From Candidatus Woesearchaeota archaeon (lineage in GTDB: Archaea > Nanobdellota > Nanobdellia > SCGC-AAA011-G17 > JACPNG01), in the NCBI GenBank assembly GCA_016185615.1, contig JACPNE010000003.1, positions 6,265 through 70,264 on the forward strand: 64,000 nt of DNA, in the 5' to 3' direction. The position numbers and the translations under genes were made by a program. The notes below the pieces were generated by a model. That model saw only the letters and a list, made by a program, of their open reading frames with translations. It was not told where the DNA came from and made no database searches. Of the stretch, positions 53,113 to 63,157 are shown piece by piece (the first letter of the stretch is position 1; the number at the start of each line of letters is the position of its first letter).

Positions 53113-54305
53113 TTTTAGAAGTATTTATAGCAATATTAATCGGAATAACTCTCGGAATAATTACAGGCTTAACCCCTGGGGTGCATATAAATTTAGTTGC
53201 TGTTCTTGCCTTAACTTCTTTCCCAATATTATCTGAGTATTTTTCAGTTTTGTCTGTAATAATCGCATTAATATCTATGGCAGTAGCCCATACGTTTTTG
53301 GATTTTATCCCTTCAGTTTATTTGGGCGTACCAGATTCAGATACATCATTATCTGTATTTCCGTCACATAGACTATTATTTGAGGGAGATGGTCATGAAG
53401 CAGTCCAATTAGCAACCTTGGGTAGTTTATTTGGGTTAGTAATTACCATATTTATGACTCCAGTATTAATAATTAGTGTAAGAAACTTTTATCCAGTAAT
53501 TAAACAATATATTCCACTTATATTAATTCTTTCTTCTTCATTTTTAATTTTAAGAGATAGAGACAGAAAATGGTCATTAATCGAATTTTTATTATCGGGC
53601 GTACTAGGATTAGGAGTATTAAGTTTAGATTTAAGTCAGCCATTATTTCCGTTGTTTTCTGGTATGTTTGGGATTAGCACATTATTAATGAGTCTAAAAA
53701 ATAATACAAATTTGCCAACACAAAATATAAAAGATTTATCCATAGACAATAAAGAAACCTTTAAAGCTCTTGGTGGTGGTTTTATAGCTTCTTCATTAGC
53801 TGGATTTCTTCCGGGCCTTGGATCAGCACAAGCAGCAATAATTGCATCTAATATAACTGGAAAATTAAGTTCAAGAGGATTTATAGTATTAATAGGATCG
53901 ATAAACACAATTGTAATGATCATCTCTTTTATAGCATTATATGTTATAGACCGGGCAAGAAATGGAGTAATAGTTGTGGTTTCTAAGATTGGTGGAGTAG
54001 TAGATATGAATCACCTAATACTATTTTTAGGAGTCAGTTTTATTGTAGCAGGATTATCAACATTTTTAACATTAGAGTTATCAAAATTATTTTCTAGAGT
54101 GGTTAGTAAGATAGATTATAAAAAAGTGAGTATCTTGATTATAATTTTAATAATAAGTTTGGTTACGTTTATTACCGGTTTATTAGGATTATTTGTATTA
54201 ACGGTATCAACTTTTGTCGGATTAATTCCTATGCTCAAAAATACAGGAAGAAGTCATTTAATGGGCTCATTAATAATTCCGGTTATACTTTATTTGTTGT
54301 TATAA
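53109..54305 (+). CDS. polytopic membrane protein, TctA/DUF112-like
   Basis: 398 aa, >=9 TM. N-terminal GIITGLTPGVHINL and internal GFLPGLGSAQAA resemble the duplicated DUF112 motif. Confidence 0.55.
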   Translation: MILEVFIAILIGITLGIITGLTPGVHINLVAVLALTSFPILSEYFSVLSVIIALISMAVAHTFLDFIPSVYLGVPDSDTSLSVFPSHRLLFEGDGHEAVQLATLGSLFGLVITIFMTPVLIISVRNFYPVIKQYIPLILILSSSFLILRDRDRKWSLIEFLLSGVLGLGVLSLDLSQPLFPLFSGMFGISTLLMSLKNNTNLPTQNIKDLSIDNKETFKALGGGFIASSLAGFLPGLGSAQAAIIASNITGKLSSRGFIVLIGSINTIVMIISFIALYVIDRARNGVIVVVSKIGGVVDMNHLILFLGVSFIVAGLSTFLTLELSKLFSRVVSKIDYKKVSILIIILIISLVTFITGLLGLFVLTVSTFVGLIPMLKNTGRSHLMGSLIIPVILYLLL

Positions 54306-57300
54306 TTTTTACGATTGAATATTTTCCCGCCAAATAAGCTATTTGATTTCCTATTTGGTTTTGTATCTTCTGATTTTTTATGTGATGAAGAAACTTTCTC
54401 GATTTCTTTTTCATACCATCCAACATTTAATGATTTTGTCTTTAGATAATCCAAATTATATCCTCTTTTTATCCCTTCTTTGAAATAATTTTCTAAATCT
54501 TTTATATTAGAATGCTCATCAAAAGTATTTTTCTTGAATTCAGGCATTGGTTCTATTATGCTTTTTTGTTGGGATTGTTTCATTTTTGATTCAAAATCAA
54601 ATGATGGAATATTAGTTACTTTCTTATCATCTTTTTTACTTTTAATTTTCTTATTTTTCAGATAATAGTATCCAATAGCAGAAATAACTAATAAAGATAT
54701 TAAAATTATAATAAATAATAAAAATAAATTTGAGCTTTCTTTTGTGCTACAGTCTACTTGACAATTGTTTATTGTTTCTGGATATTCTCCAGAATTATCA
54801 CAAATGCCATTTTCATTACATAAAGGAGTTATATCTTCCCTGTCATTTAATCCATCTGTATCTGTATCTGGATTAGAGGGATTATATCCTAATCTTAATT
54901 CTTCATCATCGCTTAAACCATCATTATCAGAGTCTTTTGATGAAATCTGTTGTGTTTGTAATTCTGTTTTTTGTATTTGAGCAACAGGTTCTATACATGT
55001 TCCATCGGGCCTGCATATATTATTAACAGGACATCCGCATATTGCACATTTCTGCTCTAATTTTCCATCATTACAGTATTTTGGTTTATTATTACTACAA
55101 CTATTATCAGAGGTTCCATCAGAGCAGGATTCTCCTGAACCAGAACAATCAGAATCTTTGTTGTCTATCTGTCCATCGCAGTCATTATCTAATTTGTCTA
55201 AACATGAAGTTTCTTGTCTCTCATATTCTTCTAGTGAGTCATAATCGCAAGAATCCCATTCTCCATCTATACAAGTTTGGGTTAACCCCCCACAAATCCC
55301 TTGTGTTAAATCACAAATCCTTGTTTCATCTTCTTCACAACTACAGTCTTCATCTACTGAGCCATCGCAGTCATTATCAATATTATCTTCGCAAACTTCT
55401 TGTATTGGAAGAACCGTTCCTAGACATACACTCCATATATTATTAATGCATTCTTGGGTTCCTAAACTACATGCCCCTATTCCTGTTCCACAATTTTTAG
55501 ATTCTCCTAAATTACAATTACATCCTTCATCTACTGAGCCATCGCAGTCATTATCTGATGAGTCACATATCTCATTTAGTGGTGCAACTGCATTTTTGCA
55601 TATGCCCCATTCCAATAAGTCTCCAGAGAGTTCACATGTTTGGATTCCTTCTTTACATATTCCTTGGTTTGGACCCCCACAACCCCTTGTAACCCCTTCA
55701 TTAGTGCATTCACAATCCTCATCTATTGTATTATCACAATCATTATCTAAATTATCTCCACACATCTCTGTTGTTGGTCCAGTAGAACCCTGGCAACTGC
55801 CCCAACTTCCATCATCCTGACATGTTGTAATGCCTTGATTGCATTCCCCAATAACACTTCCACAAGCCCCCACATCTCCGGGGTTACAACTAGTTTTATC
55901 AAGGCAATCTTGTGAACATGAAATTTCATTCTCATTTGAATTACAAATTCCGTCCCCACAATATCCTTCTGTATCTTCTGCTCCACAATCTGTATCCTCT
56001 TCATCTAATTTTCCATCACAATCATTGTCTTTTCCGTCTTCACATAAATTCTGTTCATTATTATTACAAACACTAAATTCTCCATTCACAAATTTACTGC
56101 ATCCAAAATCTCCATCAGCCAAATATTTATCACAGAAAAATGTAAAGAATCTGTTTAATCCTATGTCATTTTCTTCCGTTTTATATGTACAATTCGCTTC
56201 ATCAGTATTTGTAGAAGTGCTACAATATTCTCCTTGATTACATGCCCCATTAATTATATCCTCATTTTCTCCATCACCCTTACATATAATAATTGATTTC
56301 AGGCATATATCTCCTTCATCCACTTGTCCATTACAATTGTCATCTTTAAAATTACAAACTTCCTGTACATCTTGATAGCTCTCTGAATTATTGTTACAAT
56401 ATTCTCCTTCAGAGGTATAATTGGAAGGCATTGATTCATTATTTGGAATTCTTCCTAAATCTCCAAATGCACTGTATTCAATTATTACTGGAAATCCTCC
56501 AAGCCCTTCATCTGGAATCTCGACTTTGAAACCATTATCTGTTAATGTTGCCCAACCATATATAGAAGAAGTGACACTTACTGGATTATTACCACCCTCT
56601 CCATCATCTGTGTATCCAACAACACAAGTGTCTTTTGATTCTATACACACCCCATTTATCTTAAATCCTTCACTTTTTAAGAGATTATAATTATAAGCAG
56701 TTAACCAGTCTAAAGTGCTTCTATCACATATCGTGCTATTATAAAGATTTACTCTTGTTCCAGTAACGCAATAATCAACTTCGGCACTTTTTGCTTGTGT
56801 TTGGGGGTAATTACATTGTTGTGAGGTCATATCACCTTTGTATATATATCCATAATATAATTCAGTCCATGGTTTATCTGGAAACTGCCCAGCAAGTTCA
56901 GCATTCATGCATGAATAAAGATTTAATGTTAATATTACTAATTTTGGTCTATATCCAAGATCTACTGTATAAGTTGGTCTTCTTACAGAATGCATCCAGA
57001 ACCTATCTGAGTCTACTGCACTACTTATTCTAATATCATTTGAAGAATTTTTTTGGGTACAATCTGAATCAAATTCTCCACAATCCGAATCACATAAATT
57101 ATCGTCTGATAATAAACAACAATCTCCGGAATTAGATGTGCATTCACCGCAATCAGGATCTACTCCTTGGGTACATTTATTGCTGCATATTCCGTCCTCT
57201 GTAGGATTACATCCAGGAATTATTCCGCATAAATTGAATTTTATATCTTCACCAACTTTAACATTGCCATTTTGAGGAATTAAAAAGACCCCATTGCATG

Positions 57301-57715
57301 AAGATTCTAATGCACATTCATTTGTTTTTATTATTGCAAATGTTCCCAATTCATCTATTTGTGTTGTGATAAACTTTTCAGTCCCATTTATGATTATTTG
57401 GCTCTGGAGATTGATCCATTCTTTTTTATCATAATTATATTTAGCTAAAGTTATATCTGTTTTACTATTACATGTATTCCACTCTTCATTATATGGTCCA
57501 TCTGGTGGAAATTGATATGTAAATTCACCAAAATTAGAGGATAAATCCTCATATTTATATATTGGACTTAATACTAAACTGCAATCACTAAAATTGGAAT
57601 TTTTACAGTCTAATATCTTCTCATAATTTATTGTATCTTGCTCCCCATATACTATTTCGAATGATAATAAAATTATTAGTAACGATAATATTTTAACAGG
57701 CAACACAAACATCAC
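54290..57715 (-). CDS. giant Cys-rich surface protein (signal peptide, DNDCDG-type repeats, TSP3-like Ca-binding repeats, C-terminal TM anchor and Lys-rich cytoplasmic tail)
   Basis: 1141 aa. Signal MMFVLPVKILSLLIILLSFEIVYG. At least 5 copies of C-x-D-x2-DNDCDG-x2-DE (residues ~555-855). DSDNDGLSDDEE/NPDTDTDGLNDRED. TM LFLLFIIILISLLVISAIGYYYL (residues ~997-1019), followed by a tail of ~120 aa. Confidence 0.8.
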   Translation of the reverse strand: MMFVLPVKILSLLIILLSFEIVYGEQDTINYEKILDCKNSNFSDCSLVLSPIYKYEDLSSNFGEFTYQFPPDGPYNEEWNTCNSKTDITLAKYNYDKKEWINLQSQIIINGTEKFITTQIDELGTFAIIKTNECALESSCNGVFLIPQNGNVKVGEDIKFNLCGIIPGCNPTEDGICSNKCTQGVDPDCGECTSNSGDCCLLSDDNLCDSDCGEFDSDCTQKNSSNDIRISSAVDSDRFWMHSVRRPTYTVDLGYRPKLVILTLNLYSCMNAELAGQFPDKPWTELYYGYIYKGDMTSQQCNYPQTQAKSAEVDYCVTGTRVNLYNSTICDRSTLDWLTAYNYNLLKSEGFKINGVCIESKDTCVVGYTDDGEGGNNPVSVTSSIYGWATLTDNGFKVEIPDEGLGGFPVIIEYSAFGDLGRIPNNESMPSNYTSEGEYCNNNSESYQDVQEVCNFKDDNCNGQVDEGDICLKSIIICKGDGENEDIINGACNQGEYCSTSTNTDEANCTYKTEENDIGLNRFFTFFCDKYLADGDFGCSKFVNGEFSVCNNNEQNLCEDGKDNDCDGKLDEEDTDCGAEDTEGYCGDGICNSNENEISCSQDCLDKTSCNPGDVGACGSVIGECNQGITTCQDDGSWGSCQGSTGPTTEMCGDNLDNDCDNTIDEDCECTNEGVTRGCGGPNQGICKEGIQTCELSGDLLEWGICKNAVAPLNEICDSSDNDCDGSVDEGCNCNLGESKNCGTGIGACSLGTQECINNIWSVCLGTVLPIQEVCEDNIDNDCDGSVDEDCSCEEDETRICDLTQGICGGLTQTCIDGEWDSCDYDSLEEYERQETSCLDKLDNDCDGQIDNKDSDCSGSGESCSDGTSDNSCSNNKPKYCNDGKLEQKCAICGCPVNNICRPDGTCIEPVAQIQKTELQTQQISSKDSDNDGLSDDEELRLGYNPSNPDTDTDGLNDREDITPLCNENGICDNSGEYPETINNCQVDCSTKESSNLFLLFIIILISLLVISAIGYYYLKNKKIKSKKDDKKVTNIPSFDFESKMKQSQQKSIIEPMPEFKKNTFDEHSNIKDLENYFKEGIKRGYNLDYLKTKSLNVGWYEKEIEKVSSSHKKSEDTKPNRKSNSLFGGKIFNRKNYNNK
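55145..56053 (-). repeat. protein-level tandem Cys-rich repeats (~55-65 aa units ending in DNDCDGxxDE) inside the 1141-aa gene
   Basis: Units read from the translation: ..CEDGKDNDCDGKLDEE.., ..CGDNLDNDCDNTIDEDC.., ..CDSSDNDCDGSVDEGC.., ..CEDNIDNDCDGSVDEDC.., ..CLDKLDNDCDGQIDNKD.. The motif resembles the MopE-type putative metal-binding repeat. Confidence 0.6.
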
Positions 57716-58280
57716 CTGCGCCTTTTAAGTTAAAGCTTACTTTATCACCAATTTTAAAATTCTTCGAAATTCCACCAGTATTGACTGTCTTTGACTCCTG
57801 TGAGATACAATTGTCATAATTATCTACGATTATTGGGAAACAAAAATTAATAAATAGAACATCTTTTGAGATGAAATTATTTAACGAGGTTATCTTACCC
57901 TCTTTCAATATTTTTATTGGCCAAGTAACTTCAACAACCAAATCTTTATTTGGCCTTAGAGTAGATTCTACATTAGTTAATTCTCCTACTTCTATATTAT
58001 AATTTACAAATCTAGAAAAATCATTGCATTTTAAAGGTAAATTAGTTTTAACATAATCTTCTAAGCTAGATTTAAAATTATCAGATTTAACTGCAATCCC
58101 TTGTCCTACCTTAACAACATCATCTAAACATCCTTGAATGTAAGATTCGACATCCGGAAATTCTTCAGGTTGAATATTAATTAATGAGATTTTTCCGCCA
58201 ATAAAATAAAAAATAGCTATAACTGCTAATAATACAATGCCCAATATTATGAAGATTGTAGTCTGTCCTCTTTTTTGCAT
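57693..58280 (-). CDS. prepilin-like protein (195 aa), homologous to the N-terminal domain of the 656-aa protein at 1411-3381
   Basis: N-terminus MQKRG-QTTIFIILGIVLLAVIAIFYF. ..YIQGCLDDVVKVGQ..LEDYVKTNLPLKCNDFSRFVNYNIEVG.. parallels ..IITSCIEEVSRAGL..LKNYIDANLENCVDFSNLNFNIVSG.. in the 656-aa protein. Overlaps the start of the 1141-aa gene by 23 nt. Confidence 0.7.
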   Translation of the reverse strand: MQKRGQTTIFIILGIVLLAVIAIFYFIGGKISLINIQPEEFPDVESYIQGCLDDVVKVGQGIAVKSDNFKSSLEDYVKTNLPLKCNDFSRFVNYNIEVGELTNVESTLRPNKDLVVEVTWPIKILKEGKITSLNNFISKDVLFINFCFPIIVDNYDNCISQESKTVNTGGISKNFKIGDKVSFNLKGAGDVCVAC

Positions 58281-58326
58281 ATATTTATTTAGGATAATGA
58301 TTATTTAAATATAACGAAGATATTAA

Positions 58327-61300
58327 TTAGAACCATTTATTCAATCCTTCTTGTTTATCATCATCCTTGCCAAATACACCCTCTATTCTTCGTTTTGTCA
58401 ATTCTAAGGATTGTTTTAGATAAGTTGAAACATTATAGCGCTCAGCTAACTGCATACTTGGCTCCAAGTATTTAATAATACTTCCTTCAGAAATAGTAAA
58501 TAGAATTTTACCATTACAATTAGGGCATTTCCCAACTAAGGGTGGTCTTCTAAATTTTTCATTGCAATCAACGCATCTGAATTGTTGTGATGAGAATTTT
58601 CTAAGATTACCTTTAATATCCCTTATAAAATGCCTCTCTATAGTCAATCTTGCAACATCCGCCTCATCAACAGCCCTTATCTTATTTGCTATCTCCATCT
58701 GTCCAAGAACTTTATCCATCATAGATGGAATATTTTTGTAAGCACTGCAAAGAACACCAATATTAAGATTAGATATATTGTGTGTAAATCCCCAATTTTC
58801 AAACTGTCCTTCTTTTCCTAATCTCTTCCTTAATTGTTCTATCTCAATTTCCCATGGGTCTTTATATTGTTGGGCTGCCTCATATAATTTTAATGGATAC
58901 TCCCAAACTAAGTCCATATCAAATATCATATCATCTACTTCGCTAGGAGTTAATATAGATGTTAAAACTAAGGGGGTATCTTGTGTTGCTCCTCTGCTAT
59001 TTGGTAAATAATGTCTGGAAAAGTTCAATAATGAGTCCATTAATAACATGACACAATTCTCATCGCCCTCGCAATCTCTTCTCTGGGCAGAATGCCATAA
59101 TGGGTGAGCAAAACATCCCTGGGTTTTACTAAATCCGATTATTCTTCCTATAATGGATGCACTTATGTGTGGTGCTAATCCAATAACTAAATGTCCAATT
59201 AGGTCTTCTCTTGTAGTAATCTTATAAAACTTGTCTAGTCCATAAAGTTGTACTAATAAATCATCAATATAGTTTGCTACCCTAGTAAGAACTTTATCTG
59301 CTCCTTCTTCATTTGAGACTTCGCATGCAGGTAATATAATATCTTGCGGTTTTATCTCTAACAATTGTTCTTCATTCGAAATCTCATTTCCATAAATATC
59401 CTTTTCATACCCTAACTCTTTTAATTTTTCAATAGTTGTAAAAATTTCTTTTGGTTTAAAATGAGTTATTGGCATCTCAGTCATGTCATATCTTATTGTG
59501 CCATCCTTATTTACATTTAAGTTGTATTTTGATCTAAGAATTCCTTTTACCATATTTTCGGGAATATGCTCTTTATTTGAAGTTCCTCTTACTCCCTTTA
59601 TTATTCCCGGATATTCAGTTAATCCAACTTTTTTTAGTGCGTATTTGAAATAATAGTCAACATCAACATTAATTTTTCCAAATCCTTTAAACTCTAATTT
59701 TTCTCCACAAATTTCACACTTAGGATAAATTGTTTGTTTGTTACATTTTTTACAAAAGTAGTTAGAAAATTCTGCTGTTACCTTTCCTTTGGTTAATGCT
59801 GTCTGTAAATTTCTCATCCTCCCGCCTTGTTCTCCGACAGGAAATAACATGTGTGGATTTCCAGTTAATTTTCTAAGTTTTGCTTTTTCAGGTCTTCCCA
59901 TTCTTGCACCAATGAAAGTTCCTGATTTATCTCTAATATTAATTCCAGAAATCTTATTTATATTTTCTAAAGTATTATTTGATATATTATCTAAATTATT
60001 TAGATTGATAAGGTGATATAAAGTATATGCATCATCATCTTCTATAGCAACATATTCCCTTTCAATGACTCTATGTGGAATTCCAAGTAATTCTAAGACT
60101 CTCTTTGGGTCTCTATCTTTTATCTCTGAAGTAAGATCATAAACAAAGGGTAATAATATTTTTTCTTCATTAAGACTTCCTTCTTTATACCAATTAATAA
60201 AACTCTTGAATTGCTCAATATCTATGTCATTCCAATGATATGTATATCTTGGATGTAATGAGACATTATACTTTTTTGATAATTCAAATGATTGCTTTGC
60301 AGTTATCTTGTAAAATCTATCTTGTTTTAATTTTTCTATTAATTCATCTTCTGGATTTAATTGTTTTAGTTCTTGTAAATACCACTCTTCGTTATAACCA
60401 CAAGGAACTAATCTGTGTCCTCTATTAAAGAACTCACCATAATTAACCAAGAAGTCCCCTAAAAATAAGATCTCCTCAACTTGATTTTTGTATAATCTAG
60501 CTTCTTCTTCTGTATTAACAAATATAACGTTTCCATTTTTTAATTTAACAATTGGTCCTTCAATCGTATCACATGGTTCCATAGCACTACTTTTTCCTGG
60601 TCTTTCATATCTCAGCTGTGTTCCAGTAGCAATATAATCATCCAACAAAATCATGGTGGCTGGATGTATTGCCATACTACTCAATCCAGAAATTCTGCTT
60701 CTTCCATATCTCAATCTAAACCCACCCACCCTTAAAGGGTGTGTTAATATTGGTCTGCCAGCAACTAAATCTTTTATATAATTATAATCTGGAGAAACCT
60801 TTCTTGTATCATCTTTTTTTACTTCTTTTCCCTTGGATCTTATCTTCTTTTGTAATGTTATAAAATCATTAATATAATCCCAGTGTTTTAATCCAAATTC
60901 ATCTTTCCATTTGAACATATTCTTCCACATCTTCGGAGCCTTTTGTGCTAATCCCTCTCCTAAAACCAAACATGGACCATTTCTGATGAAATTTGTTTCA
61001 ATTCTTGGAAGATTTTTATAATTGCTGACTTCTATCTTTTCTGATGGGTCTCCAGAAATTTGTAATGATAGATTTCTTACTAAAAATTCTATTTCTTGTT
61101 CGCTTGGAAGATACTGTAGATTTGTTGCACGCTCATGATAATCATATAATTCGGTTATCATTCTTTTTACTTCTTCTTCTGTGGGGTCATATGGTTCATA
61201 GCCCATATTTTTCCTAACATAATCTGCTGATAATAATGTTCCACATATAATTGTAGTTCCTGCACTTCTTATTGGTCCAGAAAACATCAAACAAAAATAT

Positions 61301-61725
61301 TCTTTTCCATCATTTCTTTGTTTTATTTTCAATTCAACAAAACCTTCTAATGGGCTTGAAACAACCCCAGAAGTTAAGTAAGCTAAAGCTACTCTTATTC
61401 CTACTTCCATTGCCTCTTTTTTATCTTTAAATTTACAGAATTTCTCTTGTGCAACTTCTAAAGCAATTTTTAATGCTACTCTCCAGTCTAATTTATTATA
61501 TTCATTTTCCAATTCAAGAATTCTATCAGTCATGCCGCTATTCTTAATTTGGGGGGCAACAGTACTTATTATTCCCTCTACCCTCTCTACCATATTTCTT
61601 GCTAAGATTATCTCTGCTTTTACTTCTGGATCATAACCTAAGATTCTTGCTTTATTAGCTAATTCATAACATGATTTTACGTTTCTTTCAATTTCATCAA
61701 AATATTCATTTATCATTTTCACCAA
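58327..61725 (-). CDS. polC: DNA polymerase II (PolD) large subunit DP2
   Basis: 1132 aa. Conserved FIGARMGRPEKA, and C-terminal zinc fingers incl. CVDCNEKF..CPNCNG. No intein-sized insertion. Confidence 0.95.
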   Translation of the reverse strand: MVKMINEYFDEIERNVKSCYELANKARILGYDPEVKAEIILARNMVERVEGIISTVAPQIKNSGMTDRILELENEYNKLDWRVALKIALEVAQEKFCKFKDKKEAMEVGIRVALAYLTSGVVSSPLEGFVELKIKQRNDGKEYFCLMFSGPIRSAGTTIICGTLLSADYVRKNMGYEPYDPTEEEVKRMITELYDYHERATNLQYLPSEQEIEFLVRNLSLQISGDPSEKIEVSNYKNLPRIETNFIRNGPCLVLGEGLAQKAPKMWKNMFKWKDEFGLKHWDYINDFITLQKKIRSKGKEVKKDDTRKVSPDYNYIKDLVAGRPILTHPLRVGGFRLRYGRSRISGLSSMAIHPATMILLDDYIATGTQLRYERPGKSSAMEPCDTIEGPIVKLKNGNVIFVNTEEEARLYKNQVEEILFLGDFLVNYGEFFNRGHRLVPCGYNEEWYLQELKQLNPEDELIEKLKQDRFYKITAKQSFELSKKYNVSLHPRYTYHWNDIDIEQFKSFINWYKEGSLNEEKILLPFVYDLTSEIKDRDPKRVLELLGIPHRVIEREYVAIEDDDAYTLYHLINLNNLDNISNNTLENINKISGINIRDKSGTFIGARMGRPEKAKLRKLTGNPHMLFPVGEQGGRMRNLQTALTKGKVTAEFSNYFCKKCNKQTIYPKCEICGEKLEFKGFGKINVDVDYYFKYALKKVGLTEYPGIIKGVRGTSNKEHIPENMVKGILRSKYNLNVNKDGTIRYDMTEMPITHFKPKEIFTTIEKLKELGYEKDIYGNEISNEEQLLEIKPQDIILPACEVSNEEGADKVLTRVANYIDDLLVQLYGLDKFYKITTREDLIGHLVIGLAPHISASIIGRIIGFSKTQGCFAHPLWHSAQRRDCEGDENCVMLLMDSLLNFSRHYLPNSRGATQDTPLVLTSILTPSEVDDMIFDMDLVWEYPLKLYEAAQQYKDPWEIEIEQLRKRLGKEGQFENWGFTHNISNLNIGVLCSAYKNIPSMMDKVLGQMEIANKIRAVDEADVARLTIERHFIRDIKGNLRKFSSQQFRCVDCNEKFRRPPLVGKCPNCNGKILFTISEGSIIKYLEPSMQLAERYNVSTYLKQSLELTKRRIEGVFGKDDDKQEGLNKWF

Positions 61726-63157
61726 AATTGATCATACTTACTTCTCTTGTTTTTAGATTTACAATTTGCACCCTTGAAGGCAAAGGATTGTTCCCCATCT
61801 TCTCCTGATAAGGGGTTTTTCCCTGCCAGCATGAACAATTGATTATTGTAGTTCCATTATATGTTAAAGAATCTGGCCTGTGCATCTCACCCAGTACAAA
61901 AAAATCAGGTATGTTATCAATAACTAGTGGATCATCATCTTTGTATGGAACATAAACATTTGATCCATGCGTAGGGGCTAGATGTCTTTTTTGAAGCAAA
62001 AATTTAGAAGCAATACTTGCATTATCTCGAGCATTTCCTAATCTAAGGCTTTCCACATTATCAATAAAATAATGCATACTATTCCCATGGTACATCAAAA
62101 CATTAAAACCTTCAAAATTATCTGATGAGTGAATATTAACTATGGCAGGATTGCTTACTAAAAATGTATTCGGAAGTGCCCATATGTTTTTTGCCATGTC
62201 CTTATCAAGAAATGGTTGTGGTTCACTTAATCTTAGAGCATCATGATTTCCTGGACAGATAATTAAATTAATATCACTTCTTATTTTGCTTAAGTAACAA
62301 GCCAATTGATCATATTGTTTTCTAACATCCAGAATATTAAGTTCTAAATCTTGGTCTGGATAGATCCCAACACCATCAACTAAATCTCCGACAATGAAGA
62401 GATATTTCGTTTTCGCTGCAATATTCTTTTGTCTGTCATCTCCTAACTCCAGATTTATCCATTTCAGGAATTTCTCAAATTCATCTTTCAAGAAAACTTT
62501 ATTCCCGATATGAATATCACTTATAAAAATTGTATAAACCTCTTCTTCAGCTTTCTTTAATTCATTGGTGTGTGGCATATCTGGGAAATAAATTTCGTTA
62601 ACAAATAAAGTTTTATTTCTCATAAATCCTTTAACAGCTATAACCTCATCAAGGACAATATTCTTTGCTATTTCAAAACATTCTTTTTCTGGATTAACAA
62701 CTACTGGAATGCTCCCAGTTGGATCTTCTAATTTTATTGAGATGTTTCCATTCTTTGTTGGGGTTTTATCAAAAACTAATCCTATAAAAGAAACATTTTG
62801 ATTATTCTTTTCTATTCCTTTGCTAATAGAAATTACATCCTGTAAATCCTGTCTATTTGATAGAATATCTTTTATTTTATTATATCTTGCTTTAAAATGT
62901 GATACAAAATCTTTCACTTCTCTTTTTTGTGAATCAGCATTATGACTTTTTATAATCTTAATTCTTCTTTCAGCAGAATCTATCTTAATATCTTCATTAA
63001 CTTCTTTATTTTTGTCTAATAACTCTTTTGTCAATACAATTATTTTATCATAATTTTTTTCATCGATTAAATCAGAATAATTTTCTTCAATCTCACTGAT
63101 AATCTCGGGGCTCAAAAGAATTTTTTTGTCCATGAAATATTTTATTACTTCCTTCAT
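61706..63157 (-). CDS. polB: DNA polymerase II (PolD) small subunit DP1
   Basis: 483 aa. Calcineurin-like phosphoesterase motifs FISDIHIG, VGDLVDGVG and CPGNHD, preceded by an OB-fold region. Confidence 0.95.
   Translation of the reverse strand: MKEVIKYFMDKKILLSPEIISEIEENYSDLIDEKNYDKIIVLTKELLDKNKEVNEDIKIDSAERRIKIIKSHNADSQKREVKDFVSHFKARYNKIKDILSNRQDLQDVISISKGIEKNNQNVSFIGLVFDKTPTKNGNISIKLEDPTGSIPVVVNPEKECFEIAKNIVLDEVIAVKGFMRNKTLFVNEIYFPDMPHTNELKKAEEEVYTIFISDIHIGNKVFLKDEFEKFLKWINLELGDDRQKNIAAKTKYLFIVGDLVDGVGIYPDQDLELNILDVRKQYDQLACYLSKIRSDINLIICPGNHDALRLSEPQPFLDKDMAKNIWALPNTFLVSNPAIVNIHSSDNFEGFNVLMYHGNSMHYFIDNVESLRLGNARDNASIASKFLLQKRHLAPTHGSNVYVPYKDDDPLVIDNIPDFFVLGEMHRPDSLTYNGTTIINCSCWQGKTPYQEKMGNNPLPSRVQIVNLKTREVSMINFGENDK

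Noticed and set aside
55042-56237. Three long plus-strand ORFs (124-134 aa) inside the 1141-aa gene
   Set aside because: They are antisense to the Cys-rich repeat region. Their His/Ser/Leu/Pro-rich low-complexity sequences arise from reverse-complemented GAT/TGT/GAA-rich codons, with no start context or motifs.
58327-61725. Possible intein in PolD DP2 (also considered for RadA, PAN and Cdc6)
   Set aside because: The lengths (1132, 319 and 374 aa) are those of intein-free proteins, and no Cys/Ser-...-HN-Cys/Ser/Thr splice-junction block or homing-endonuclease insert is visible.
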